Made by a program: the position numbers and the translations under genes. Below the pieces are notes generated by a model. It was not told the DNA's origin. It made no database searches and saw only the letters and a program-made list of their open reading frames with translations. From the NCBI GenBank assembly GCA_964411555.1, contig CAYPLF010000001.1, positions 52,593 through 116,592 of the forward strand: a stretch of DNA of 64,000 nucleotides. Reading direction: 5' to 3'. The first letter of the stretch is position 1, and the number at the start of each line of letters is the position of its first letter. The stretch comes from an uncultured Bacteroidales bacterium (GTDB lineage Bacteria > Bacteroidota > Bacteroidia > Bacteroidales > UBA1402). Below, one piece after another: positions 18,245 to 28,186 of this stretch.

Positions 18245-19168
18245 TTAAAACGAATAAGCAGCGGCAAATTCCCTGGAAATATAGTTGTCGTGGGTTTGAC
18301 AGACTTCAGCCGCAAAATCAAGTCCACATTTCACAATGGCATCCCATTCTCTTTCCTTCAGTGTTGGAAGGTCTGACCGACGAATACGGGCACTTAGCAA
18401 TCCGAACAAGAATCCGGCATTAAAATTATCACCTGCTCCTACTGTACTGACCGGCAAAATATTCTTTGCTTCGTAATGCTTGTAAAAGTTTTTACCCCAT
18501 ACCCGCGCTCCACATTCAGCGGCAGTATGTATGAAATAGGGGGTGTAATAACAGATTTTTTCCTTATAGATTTTTTCCGGATCGGTCATTCGGTATAAAT
18601 ACTTGAAATCTTCTTCGGAGCCGCGAATGATATCGGCATATTCAAAATTTTCGATGAACGTGGTAGACAAACGAACCACCTCGTCTTCATGCGATTTTCT
18701 GAAATTGATGTCGTAATAAATGATTGCCCCCTTATTCTTGGCCATTTCCAGAAAGTCAAGCATGCGTGGCCTCAATACCGGATTTAAGGCATAATAAGAC
18801 CCAAACAAAACAATATCGTCGGCTTCCACTTTTGGAAATGAGTTCTCAAGGCGTGATCCCGGATAATCCTTGAAAAAAACATACTCTGCATCACTTTTGT
18901 CATTGAGAAAAGCCAACGAAACAGCCGAATTCAAATCGGGATTCAAATCCAGATAGTTGGCATTCAGATTGTTTTCCTCCATAAAAGAACGAATCAGGCG
19001 ACCTACCTTATCGTCACCTGTTTCGCCAATAAAATATGCCGGTACATTCAACCGGCCCAGAGAGACCATGGCATTGAAAGCAGAGCCACCCGGCACAGCG
19101 GCAAATGGTTTGTTGTTTGAAAACAATATGTCGAGAATGGTTTCTCCGATTCCTATGATTTTTCGCAT
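18245..19168 (-). CDS. PfkB-family carbohydrate kinase
   Basis: Track ORF trimmed to ATG 19168 (MRKIIGIGETILDILF), 18 nt after TACTTTTG (19187-19194). C-terminal PfkB signature VSTVGAGDNFNAG. Confidence 0.75.
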   Translation of the reverse strand: MRKIIGIGETILDILFSNNKPFAAVPGGSAFNAMVSLGRLNVPAYFIGETGDDKVGRLIRSFMEENNLNANYLDLNPDLNSAVSLAFLNDKSDAEYVFFKDYPGSRLENSFPKVEADDIVLFGSYYALNPVLRPRMLDFLEMAKNKGAIIYYDINFRKSHEDEVVRLSTTFIENFEYADIIRGSEEDFKYLYRMTDPEKIYKEKICYYTPYFIHTAAECGARVWGKNFYKHYEAKNILPVSTVGAGDNFNAGFLFGLLSARIRRSDLPTLKEREWDAIVKCGLDFAAEVCQTHDNYISREFAAAYSF

Positions 19169-19186
19169 GGTCGTATATTTAAACCC

Positions 19187-19194
19187 CAAAAGTA
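19187..19194 (-). promoter_or_regulatory. -7 element TACTTTTG upstream of the PfkB kinase gene
   Basis: Exact match on the minus strand, 18 nt upstream of ATG 19168. Confidence 0.6.
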
Positions 19195-19249
19195 CACATT
19201 CGCCAAAAACACGCCAATGCCTACCCTTAAATAGTTGAAAAATAATGCG

Positions 19250-19257
19250 TACCTTTG
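19250..19257 (+). promoter_or_regulatory. -7 element TACCTTTG upstream of the DEAD-box helicase gene
   Basis: Exact match, 39 nt upstream of ATG 19297. Confidence 0.55.
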
Positions 19258-19296
19258 TGCCCGATTGTTGCTGATAACAGTCATTAAATACAGTTA

Positions 19297-21213
19297 ATGA
19301 AGACATTTGAAGAACTGGGAATCATGCCCTCCATCCTGAAGGCGATTTCCGAACTGGGGTACGAGAGCCCCATGCCGGTACAAGAGGAAGTGATTCCGTT
19401 TTTACTGGGAAATGCGAACGACGTTATTGCTTTAGCTCAAACAGGAACCGGAAAGACTGCCGCATTCGGCTTGCCCATTATCCAAAAAATTGACGTAAGT
19501 AATTTCAGCCCACAAGCACTGATATTGTGCCCAACCCGCGAACTTTGCCTGCAAATTGCAGACGACCTGAATGATTATTCCAATTACATTGATAACTTGA
19601 AGGTGCTGCCCGTTTACGGGGGTTCAAGCATAGAAAGCCAAATCAAATCACTCAAACGTGGCGTCCACATCGTAGTAGCTACCCCGGGACGCTTGCTCGA
19701 TCTGATGAACAGACGCTGTGTCGACTTGACCAACGTCGAAAACGTTGTCATGGACGAAGCCGACGAAATGCTCAATATGGGCTTCTCGGAAAGTATAGAC
19801 GCCATCCTGGCTGAAGTGCCCGAAACCAGGAACATGCTCTTGTTCTCAGCCACGATGCCGGCAGAAATTGCCCGTATTACCGGCAAATACATGAAAAATC
19901 CCAGGGAAATCATCATCGGGAACAAGAACGAAAGCACGGCCAATGTAAAGCACATCTATTACATGGTCAATGCAAAAGATAAATACTTGACACTTAAACG
20001 TATAGCCGACTTCTACCCCAGCATTTACGGCATTGTTTTTTGCAGAACCAAGATTGAGACACAAGAAATTGCCGATAAACTGATTCGCGATGGCTACAAC
20101 GCAGATGCCCTGCACGGAGACTTGTCACAACAGCAACGCGACTATGTGATGAACAAGTTCCGCATCCGCAACATCCAGCTACTCGTAGCTACCGACGTGG
20201 CTGCCCGCGGTTTGGACGTTTCTGACCTGACCCACGTCATCAACTACAGCCTGCCCGACGATCCCGAAAGTTATACTCACCGTAGCGGTCGAACCGGTCG
20301 TGCCGGAAAAACCGGTATTTCCATTTCCATCGTCCACGTGAAGGAAAAGGGAAAAATCCGCCAAATAGAACGCACCATCAACAAGACCTTTGTCGCCGCA
20401 CAAATGCCAACAGGCAAAGAAATCTGCGAAAAACAAATCTTCCATTTTATCGATAAAATCGAGAAAGTCAGTGTTGACGAAGCCGAGATAGAGCACATCC
20501 TTCCCAGCGTGTACCGCAAGCTCGACTGGCTGGACAAGGAAGACCTGATCAAGCGCATGGTCGCACAGGAATTAGACAGGCTCATCGACTACTACAAAGA
20601 AGCCGAAGAAATCCGTACCGTTGACGAAAAAGCCAAAAAAGAGAGCCCATTTGGTGAAAAACGCCAAGGCACCGAACCCGGTTTCAAGAAACTCTTCATT
20701 GGATTGGGCAAGATGGACGGCATTACGCCTAAAAACCTGATGGATCTCATCAACAGCTACGTAGAAGGTCGCGTTCAAATAGGCCGCATCGACTTCTTTA
20801 CACGCTATTCCTTGTTCGACATCGAAGAAGGGGCCGCCAAACGTGTGGTACAAGCATTACGCGAACTGGACTTCCTGGGTCGTCAAGTCAAGGTGGACTT
20901 TGCCACCGAGGAACAGATGAGCCGCGGCAATGAAAGAGGCGAAAGAAACGTTAGGGGGGAACGGAACGAAAGAGGTTCGTGGAACCAATCAGGCTCTTCC
21001 AACCGGAAGGGTGGTTATGCGCAATCCGCACTGAAAAGCAGAGAGGGTGGTTATACGCCCAAAGGAAAAGATGGCGGTTACGGACAGTCTTCGTACAAAA
21101 GCAAAGAAGGTGGATACAGTCGTGACAACAACGAATCGCGTTCCTACGGAAAAAAGAGTACCCCTTATTCCGGTAAACGCAAAGACGGTTACACCCCTAA
21201 AAAACGGTATTAA
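19297..21213 (+). CDS. DEAD-box ATP-dependent RNA helicase with DbpA-type RNA-binding domain and a basic Gly/Tyr-rich tail
   Basis: 638 aa. Motifs AQTGTGKT, DEAD (VMDEADEM), SAT and HRSGRTGRAG. The last 97 aa are low complexity with five GGY/DGY repeats. Confidence 0.9.
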   Translation: MKTFEELGIMPSILKAISELGYESPMPVQEEVIPFLLGNANDVIALAQTGTGKTAAFGLPIIQKIDVSNFSPQALILCPTRELCLQIADDLNDYSNYIDNLKVLPVYGGSSIESQIKSLKRGVHIVVATPGRLLDLMNRRCVDLTNVENVVMDEADEMLNMGFSESIDAILAEVPETRNMLLFSATMPAEIARITGKYMKNPREIIIGNKNESTANVKHIYYMVNAKDKYLTLKRIADFYPSIYGIVFCRTKIETQEIADKLIRDGYNADALHGDLSQQQRDYVMNKFRIRNIQLLVATDVAARGLDVSDLTHVINYSLPDDPESYTHRSGRTGRAGKTGISISIVHVKEKGKIRQIERTINKTFVAAQMPTGKEICEKQIFHFIDKIEKVSVDEAEIEHILPSVYRKLDWLDKEDLIKRMVAQELDRLIDYYKEAEEIRTVDEKAKKESPFGEKRQGTEPGFKKLFIGLGKMDGITPKNLMDLINSYVEGRVQIGRIDFFTRYSLFDIEEGAAKRVVQALRELDFLGRQVKVDFATEEQMSRGNERGERNVRGERNERGSWNQSGSSNRKGGYAQSALKSREGGYTPKGKDGGYGQSSYKSKEGGYSRDNNESRSYGKKSTPYSGKRKDGYTPKKRY

Positions 21214-21228
21214 TTCAACGGTCAAGGC

Positions 21229-21951
21229 ATGGCCCTACGGAATCTTTTTTCCAAACAGTCCAAACAAGCCACCTATATCGGCTTACAGGCTGGCCCTTAT
21301 GCCTTTACCTTTGTCAGAAAAAACATCCGCTCGGTTCGATTGAGCATCAACCGATTGAGTGTTATTCGTTTATCTGCACCATTCAACTACACCGAACAGG
21401 AAGCCATCAACTTTGTTGAAAAACGACAAGCCTGGTTGGAAAAACACCTGGATTGCCTTCATGAACGACAGGCGCAGGAAGCCGAAGACTTCAGCCGCAT
21501 TTTGTTTCTAGGAAACCTTCATCCTACCTGTATCCACCAACACCCAATTGCTCCCCGGGTGGTAAAAGACGAGGCAGGAACGGTTCACATCTACGTCAAA
21601 TCCGACCGTGAAACCAACCTGGAATCCGTTCTGAATGCCTGGTATGCCGTAGAACTGCGAAAACGGGTGGATATGTTGGCTCCCAAATGGGAATCAATGA
21701 TGGGCGTCAAAGCACAGTCGTTCAACTATCGCAGCATGAACTCCCGTTGGGGCAGTTGCCATATCGTTAAGCGGAAAATAACACTAAACACCAAGCTGGC
21801 GAAATTCAGCATTTCCAGTATCGAATACATCCTGGTTCACGAACTGGCGCATTTGCTGGAATCCGGCCACGGACCAGCCTTCAAGGCAGTGATGGACAAA
21901 TTCTTGCCCGACTGGCGCGAACGCCGGAAGGCATTGAACGGACATCAATAA
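21229..21951 (+). CDS. YgjP-like (DUF45/M48 family) metal-dependent hydrolase
   Basis: 240 aa. Has WGSC...ITLNTKL and the zinc motif HELAHLLESGHG. Confidence 0.75.
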   Translation: MALRNLFSKQSKQATYIGLQAGPYAFTFVRKNIRSVRLSINRLSVIRLSAPFNYTEQEAINFVEKRQAWLEKHLDCLHERQAQEAEDFSRILFLGNLHPTCIHQHPIAPRVVKDEAGTVHIYVKSDRETNLESVLNAWYAVELRKRVDMLAPKWESMMGVKAQSFNYRSMNSRWGSCHIVKRKITLNTKLAKFSISSIEYILVHELAHLLESGHGPAFKAVMDKFLPDWRERRKALNGHQ

Positions 21952-21952
21952 G

Positions 21953-23437
21953 CTATTTCCTCCTTAGCAGTGCTTTTACTGTGCCTTTTGGCAAATCAAA
22001 ACGCAGCACATAGGCAACGAACAACAGCAGCAACAGGGTTCGGTAGGCCAACCTAAGGTAAAGATCAGAAATAGGCATATACATACCGGCCACATACAAC
22101 AAGCCACCAACCAGTACATAGCGGCCTGCCATCTTGAGATCATAAGGGATGGGGTAATGACGTTGACCCAATGCCCAGGAAACAACCATCATTAGGAAAA
22201 AACAAACAAATGAGGTCCATGCGGAAGCGATGTACCCAAACAAGGGAACAAAAATAACATTGCCAAGTATGGTCACAGCCAATCCCATGAAGGAAATATA
22301 GGCCCCCCACTTTGTTTTATCGGTCAGCTTGTACCAAAACGAAAGGTTGAAAACTATACCCTGGAAAATGTAGCTGACAAGCACAATAGGAACCACCACC
22401 AAACCTTCATGATACTTGGAATTCAACATAAACTTGATTACGTCCAGATAATACATGACCCCCAAAAAGACAAACACGGCAAAAAGCAGGAAAAATTTCA
22501 TCCCTTCCACATATGATTGCCTGCTGTCAGAATCCTTCGATTTTGAGAAAACAAACGGTTCATATGCGTATCGAAAGGCTTGTGTAAACATCATCATAAC
22601 CAAGCCTAGTTTGAAACAGGCTGCATAAATACCCAGTTGAACGTCACCTGTTGTCATGTCTGGATACAGATACGGAAGGATGATCTTATCCAGCGACTGG
22701 TTCATGATACCGGCAATGCCCAGGAACAATAGTGGGCGCGAATAATTCAACACTTCTTTGAGCAAACTCCAGGATACGTTCCACCGTATGCCCAACATGT
22801 ATGGGAGTAATGCCAACAAGCCTAATACAGAAGAAAACACATTGGCTACGAATACATACCCCACCCTATAGTCTGGGTTGTAGAACCATGCTATCCATTC
22901 AGGATTACTGTTATGGATTATTGGACAAATCCACAAGAAAAACACATTGAAGAAAATGTTGATTCCAATCATCAACATCCGCAAACCTGCAAATACCATA
23001 GGCCGTTTGCAGAATCGAAGCCAGGCAAATGGAATCGTAGAAAAAGCATCAATGGCAACAGTCAACGCCATCATCCACACAAATTCCGGGTGATCGGGCA
23101 CATTCAATCCCTTTGCGGCAGGTTCCATAAACAAGAAAATGCCCACCATGAACAAAAGAGATGAGACAAGTAAACTGAACAAGGATGTAGTATAAACCTG
23201 TTCCGGCTTATTATCGGATTTGTTGGCAAACCGGAAAAAACCGGTTTCCATCCCATAGGTAAGAATGACCATCAATAGGGCTGTCCAGGCATAGACCTTT
23301 GCCACGACACCGTATTCTCCTGTACCACCCAGTGTAAAGGTATAAAACGGCATCAGGCACCAATTCAGGAACCGGCCTAATATGCTGCTGATACCGTAAA
23401 TGGCCGTGTCCTTGGCCAACCGTTTCATTTCTGCCAT
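21953..23437 (-). CDS. MOP-superfamily oligosaccharide/polysaccharide flippase
   Basis: 494 aa and highly hydrophobic, with about 12-14 predicted TM segments. N-terminus LAKDTAIYGISSILGRFLNW is typical of Wzx-like proteins. Lies downstream of ruvB (36-nt gap). Confidence 0.7.
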   Translation of the reverse strand: MAEMKRLAKDTAIYGISSILGRFLNWCLMPFYTFTLGGTGEYGVVAKVYAWTALLMVILTYGMETGFFRFANKSDNKPEQVYTTSLFSLLVSSLLFMVGIFLFMEPAAKGLNVPDHPEFVWMMALTVAIDAFSTIPFAWLRFCKRPMVFAGLRMLMIGINIFFNVFFLWICPIIHNSNPEWIAWFYNPDYRVGYVFVANVFSSVLGLLALLPYMLGIRWNVSWSLLKEVLNYSRPLLFLGIAGIMNQSLDKIILPYLYPDMTTGDVQLGIYAACFKLGLVMMMFTQAFRYAYEPFVFSKSKDSDSRQSYVEGMKFFLLFAVFVFLGVMYYLDVIKFMLNSKYHEGLVVVPIVLVSYIFQGIVFNLSFWYKLTDKTKWGAYISFMGLAVTILGNVIFVPLFGYIASAWTSFVCFFLMMVVSWALGQRHYPIPYDLKMAGRYVLVGGLLYVAGMYMPISDLYLRLAYRTLLLLLFVAYVLRFDLPKGTVKALLRRK

Positions 23438-23473
23438 GATGAACGGAGCGTGTTTGTCAAATTAATGAACGAT

Positions 23474-24496
23474 TTAAAAAAGAGATTGTTCGCGGGAAAG
23501 AGGAGACAATCCCAAGTGTGTCCATGCCAATGGAGTCACTTCCCTACCCCTGGGTGTTCGCTTTAAAAAACCTTGCTGGATCAAAAAAGGCTCATAGACT
23601 TCCTCAAGCGTACCCGAATCTTCTCCCAGTGCAGTGGCTATCGTTGTCAAACCCACCGGCCCACCTTGAAACTTCTCAATGATGGTCCTAAGAATCTTGT
23701 TGTCAATCTCATCCAGTCCGAAACGATCAATATTGAGCGATTCCAACGCATATTTTGCAATATCGAGGTCAATGCGTCCATCCCCCTTTACCTGAGCAAA
23801 ATCCCTGACTCTCCGCAACAAGGCATTGGCGATACGGGGTGTTCCCCGACTTCTACCGGCAATTTCGACAGCGGCATCAGGCCTGCAATCAATCTGCAAC
23901 AACTTGGCTGAACGAAGAACAATCCCCTTCAATACTTCCGTTTTGTAGTATTCCAAGTGACAGTTGATGCCGAAACGAGCCCTGAGCGGTGCGGTCAACA
24001 ACCCGCTGCGCGTTGTGGCACCAACCAGTGTAAACGGATTGATATCCAGTTGAATGGATCGGGCTGACGGGCCCTTATCGATGACAATGTCAATCCGGTA
24101 GTCTTCCATGGCCGAATACAGGTACTCTTCCACAACCGGACTGAGTCGATGAATTTCATCGATAAATAAGACATCGTTTGGTTCAAGAGCCGTGAGTACA
24201 CCGGCCAAATCGCCTGGTTTATCCAACACCGGCCCAGAAGTAACCCTGAAGCCTACTCCCAATTCATTGGCAATGATACTGGACAACGTGGTTTTCCCCA
24301 ATCCGGGAGGGCCATGCAGCAACACGTGGTCCATGGCTTCACGCCGCATGGATGCGGCGGATACAAAAATGCGCAGGTTTTCGACTATGCTTTCCTGACC
24401 GTTAAAGTCAGAAAAACACAGTGGCCTCAAGGCCTTATCGGCATCCTTATCCAGCTCAAACGACTGTTGTTCCCTGATATCAAAGGATTGTTCCAT
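23474..24496 (-). CDS. ruvB: Holliday junction branch migration helicase RuvB
   Basis: 340 aa. Walker [18 protein letters not shown], and the RuvB C-terminal winged-helix region. Confidence 0.95.
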   Translation of the reverse strand: MEQSFDIREQQSFELDKDADKALRPLCFSDFNGQESIVENLRIFVSAASMRREAMDHVLLHGPPGLGKTTLSSIIANELGVGFRVTSGPVLDKPGDLAGVLTALEPNDVLFIDEIHRLSPVVEEYLYSAMEDYRIDIVIDKGPSARSIQLDINPFTLVGATTRSGLLTAPLRARFGINCHLEYYKTEVLKGIVLRSAKLLQIDCRPDAAVEIAGRSRGTPRIANALLRRVRDFAQVKGDGRIDLDIAKYALESLNIDRFGLDEIDNKILRTIIEKFQGGPVGLTTIATALGEDSGTLEEVYEPFLIQQGFLKRTPRGREVTPLAWTHLGLSPLSREQSLF

Positions 24497-24514
24497 GCGC
24501 GTTGATTAATCCGG

Positions 24515-24522
24515 CAAAAATA
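24515..24522 (-). promoter_or_regulatory. -7 element TATTTTTG upstream of ruvB
   Basis: Exact match on the minus strand, 18 nt upstream of ATG 24496. Confidence 0.6.
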
Positions 24523-24584
24523 CGACAAACCCACGCTTTGTCAAACCAAAACGCGGAAAAGAACGCAAACAGATTGATTTTTTG

Positions 24585-24592
24585 TACTTTTG
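24585..24592 (+). promoter_or_regulatory. -7 element TACTTTTG upstream of the spmAB-ybeY-mnmG cluster
   Basis: Exact match, 21 nt upstream of ATG 24614. Confidence 0.6.
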
Positions 24593-24613
24593 CCCTAAAA
24601 TCGAACAAAGCTT

Positions 24614-25849
24614 ATGGCACTCAATTACATCTGGATAGGTTTCTTTTTGGTTGCCTTTCTGGTTGGACTTGTACAACTTATTGTATTTCAGGACTATGGT
24701 GTGTTTGAGCGCATCATGACCAGCAGTTTTGACATGGCCAAATTTGCCGTGATTGACATCTCTCTCCCACTGGCGGGTGTAATGACATTGTGGCTTGGCA
24801 TTCTTTCCATAGGCGAACGTGCCGGAGCCATCCGTGTTTTGGCGCACATCACCGGCCCCTTCTTCAACAAACTGTTTCCCGAATTGCCAAAAGAACATCC
24901 TGTTCATGGCCAATTACTGATGAATTTCTCGGCCAACATGCTGGGGCTTGACAACGCAGCAACTCCCATGGGATTAAAAGCCATGCAAAGCCTGCAGGAA
25001 TTGAATCCGGAAAAGGAAAAAGCCTCCAACGCCCAAATCATGTTTCTGGCATTGAACACTTCCGGATTGACCGTGATTCCGGTAAGCATTTTGGCCCAAC
25101 GATCCATTCTTGGTGCGGTCAATCCCACCGATGTCTTTATTCCCATTCTCATTGCCACCTATGTTTCTACGGTCACTGCCATCATTTACGTTGGACTTCG
25201 TCAGCGCCTGAAGCTATTAAACAAAACGGTTATTGGCTGGATAGGCGGTATCACCCTGGCGTTGACCGCTTTGGTCGCCTGGTTCTCCGGATTGTCACCC
25301 GATGCCATGTCAAAGACCTCCGGCATCATGAGCAATCTGTTGATTTTTTCCATCATCATCGCTTTTCTGTTGGGTGCTCTCTACAAAAAGGTGAACGTCT
25401 GGGATGCCTTTATTGATGGAGCGAAAGGGGGCTTTGAAACATCGGTGAAAATCATTCCCTATTTGGTGGGCATGTTGGTAGGCATAGGCGTGTTCAGGGC
25501 ATCGGGAGCCATGGAGCTTTTAACAGACGGCATTTCCTGGCTGGTTGCAGCTTGTGGATTTGATACCCGCTTTGTGGACTCGTTGCCTACAGCTTTTATG
25601 AAACCCTTGAGCGGAAGTGGCGCCCGTGCCATGATGGTGGAAACCATGAAAACCTACGGACCTGATTCCTTCAGCGGACGCTTGTCCTGTTTGTTTCAAG
25701 GAGCTGCTGACACAACGTTCTACATCATTGCCCTGTACTTTGGTTCCGTTGGCATCAAAAATACCCGCTATGCTGTTGTAGCCGGCCTGGTTGCAGACTT
25801 GGCCGGTGTTTTGGCTGCCATCTTCCTGGCTTACCTGTTCTTCACATAA
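24614..25849 (+). CDS. Fused SpmA/SpmB-type nucleoside-recognition (Gate) domain membrane protein
   Basis: 411 aa polytopic membrane protein. N-terminus MALNYIWIGFFLVAFLVG is typical of the family. Its TAA overlaps the ybeY ATG by 1 nt. Confidence 0.7.
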   Translation: MALNYIWIGFFLVAFLVGLVQLIVFQDYGVFERIMTSSFDMAKFAVIDISLPLAGVMTLWLGILSIGERAGAIRVLAHITGPFFNKLFPELPKEHPVHGQLLMNFSANMLGLDNAATPMGLKAMQSLQELNPEKEKASNAQIMFLALNTSGLTVIPVSILAQRSILGAVNPTDVFIPILIATYVSTVTAIIYVGLRQRLKLLNKTVIGWIGGITLALTALVAWFSGLSPDAMSKTSGIMSNLLIFSIIIAFLLGALYKKVNVWDAFIDGAKGGFETSVKIIPYLVGMLVGIGVFRASGAMELLTDGISWLVAACGFDTRFVDSLPTAFMKPLSGSGARAMMVETMKTYGPDSFSGRLSCLFQGAADTTFYIIALYFGSVGIKNTRYAVVAGLVADLAGVLAAIFLAYLFFT

Positions 25850-26280
25850 TGATACAGTTTCATACCGATTCCACAGAAATGCCTGCAATCCAGACCGCTT
25901 TTTTAACAGGCTGGATCCAAAAAGTTGCAGCCCTTCACGGGAAAAAACCGGGAACAATCAACCTGGTTTTCTGTACCGACGAGCGCATATTAGACATAAA
26001 CCGTTCCTTCCTTGAGCACGATTATTACACAGATATCATTACGTTCGACACAAGTATTGGCCCTGTTATTTCAGGAGACATTTACATCAGTCTGGACACT
26101 GTAAAATCAAACGCTGAACAACTGAACCTGCCTAATAAACAGGAATTGTATCGAGTAATCATCCATGGCATCCTGCATTTGTGCGGATACCCCGATAAAC
26201 AGCCCGAAGAAGCCTATCAAATGCGCGTACTCGAAAACGAAGCACTCGCATTAATCCAATCATTAAATCAAACTACATGA
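25849..26280 (+). CDS. ybeY: rRNA maturation endoribonuclease YbeY
   Basis: 143 aa with the zinc motif HGILHLCGYPD. Confidence 0.85.
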   Translation: MIQFHTDSTEMPAIQTAFLTGWIQKVAALHGKKPGTINLVFCTDERILDINRSFLEHDYYTDIITFDTSIGPVISGDIYISLDTVKSNAEQLNLPNKQELYRVIIHGILHLCGYPDKQPEEAYQMRVLENEALALIQSLNQTT

Positions 26281-28151
26281 AGTTTTCGTACGACGTCATT
26301 GTCATTGGTGCGGGACACGCCGGCTGTGAAGCCGCCGCTGCTGCCGCCAATTTGGGTTCTTCAACCCTGCTCATCACCATGGACATGACCAAGTTCGCAC
26401 AAATGAGTTGCAATCCAGCCATAGGAGGAATAGCTAAAGGCCAGATAGTCAGAGAGATAGACGCCTTGGGCGGATTAACCGGCATTGTAACCGATAAAAC
26501 AGCCATCCAATTCAGAATGTTAAACCGTTCGAAAGGACCTGCCATGTGGAGCCCGCGCTCTCAAAGTGATCGTCAACGTTTTTCGGAGGAATGGAGAAAT
26601 CAATTGGAAAAACTTCCCAATTTATCCTTTTGGCAAGATACAGTTACAGGTTTTGAAATTAAGGATAATACAGTTACAGGAGTCAGGACCGGCATGAATG
26701 TGGTATTTTCTGCATCGTGTGTGGTTCTTACTGCAGGTACATTTTTAAACGGATTGATCCATATTGGAAAAACACAATTATGTGGTGGTCGTATTTCTGA
26801 GCCTTCTTCATTTGGATTGACTGAGCAACTCAAAACGCTTGGATTTAAGACAGACAGGATGAAGACTGGTACTCCGGTTAGAATTGACGGAAGAAGCGTC
26901 CATTTTGACCTTATGGAAGAACAGTTTGGAGAAGATGATTTTCACAAGTTTTCTTTCCTGGATTTTAAACCAAGAACGCTGAAGCAACGCAATTGCTGGA
27001 TTTGCTATACCAGCGAATCAACCCACAACGTTTTGCGTGATGGATTGGTCGATTCTCCCCTCTACAACGGACAGATTAAAAGCATTGGTCCTCGTTACTG
27101 CCCAAGCATTGAAACCAAGATTGTCACCTTTGCCGATAAAGATCAACATCAACTATTTTTAGAACCGGAAGGCGAAAACACCGAAGAATATTACCTGAAT
27201 GGCTTTTCATCTTCTTTGCCCATCGACATCCAATTTGAAGCACTACGAACCATTCCTTGTTTCAAGGATGTCCAGCTTTTCAGACCAGGCTATGCCATAG
27301 AATATGACTTTTTCGACCCAACACAATTAACCCATACACTCGAAACCAAACTCATAAAAAACCTGTTTTTTGCCGGTCAAATCAACGGAACTACCGGATA
27401 TGAAGAAGCTGCCGGACAGGGTTTGTTGGCTGGAATAAACGCACACATCAACTGTCAAGGAGGGAATCCGTTCATACTTGGACGTGATGAGGCCTATATT
27501 GGCGTATTGATCGACGATTTGGTTACAAAAGGGGTTGACGAACCGTACCGTATGTTCACCTCACGTGCAGAACACCGAATCCTGTTGAGACAAGACGACG
27601 CCGATATGCGTTTGACCAAAAAATCGCATGAAATAGGACTGGCATCCGTGGAACGAATGGATTTATTCCGTAAAAAAAGGGAGACCATAAACGATCTGTT
27701 GGATTTTTGCAACAACTATTCCATTAAAGCCAGGCTCATCAATGACGCGCTGGAGCAGTTGGGTACCGCTCCACTCAAACAGGGTGTTCGATTGACAGAC
27801 CTCATACTGCGGCCTCAAATCAACTTTGACAGCCTTAGAAAACACGTCTCTGCGCTCGACTCCAAACTGCTTTCCATCACAGATAGGACGGAAGAAATCA
27901 TTGAAGCAACAGAAATTCACATCAAATACCAAGGTTACATTGAACGGGAACGTGGCATTGCTGAAAAAATCAGCCGTCTTGAAACCATTCAAATAACCGG
28001 AAAATTTGATTACGACACCATTCAATCGTTGACCATTGAAGCCAGGCAAAAGCTGAAACGCGTCAATCCTCAAACCATTGGGCAAGCGAGCAGAATTCCA
28101 GGCATCTCCCCCAGCGACATCAACACCTTGCTCATTTTGCTTGGCCGATAA
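26277..28151 (+). CDS. mnmG: tRNA uridine-5-carboxymethylaminomethyl modification enzyme MnmG
   Basis: 624 aa. FAD-binding DVIVIGAGHAGCEAA and conserved MSCNPAIGGIAKG. ATGA overlap with ybeY. Confidence 0.95.
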   Translation: MKFSYDVIVIGAGHAGCEAAAAAANLGSSTLLITMDMTKFAQMSCNPAIGGIAKGQIVREIDALGGLTGIVTDKTAIQFRMLNRSKGPAMWSPRSQSDRQRFSEEWRNQLEKLPNLSFWQDTVTGFEIKDNTVTGVRTGMNVVFSASCVVLTAGTFLNGLIHIGKTQLCGGRISEPSSFGLTEQLKTLGFKTDRMKTGTPVRIDGRSVHFDLMEEQFGEDDFHKFSFLDFKPRTLKQRNCWICYTSESTHNVLRDGLVDSPLYNGQIKSIGPRYCPSIETKIVTFADKDQHQLFLEPEGENTEEYYLNGFSSSLPIDIQFEALRTIPCFKDVQLFRPGYAIEYDFFDPTQLTHTLETKLIKNLFFAGQINGTTGYEEAAGQGLLAGINAHINCQGGNPFILGRDEAYIGVLIDDLVTKGVDEPYRMFTSRAEHRILLRQDDADMRLTKKSHEIGLASVERMDLFRKKRETINDLLDFCNNYSIKARLINDALEQLGTAPLKQGVRLTDLILRPQINFDSLRKHVSALDSKLLSITDRTEEIIEATEIHIKYQGYIERERGIAEKISRLETIQITGKFDYDTIQSLTIEARQKLKRVNPQTIGQASRIPGISPSDINTLLILLGR

Positions 28152-28152
28152 T

Positions 28153-28170
28153 TTGTTCCACGTGGAACAA
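28153..28170. repeat. Perfect 18-bp palindrome TTGTTCCACGTGGAACAA between mnmG and uvrC
   Basis: 9+9 inverted repeat with no spacer. It starts 2 nt after the mnmG stop (28149-28151) and ends 16 nt before the uvrC ATG (28187). Confidence 0.85.
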
Positions 28171-28186
28171 TGCAAATTTTCAACTA

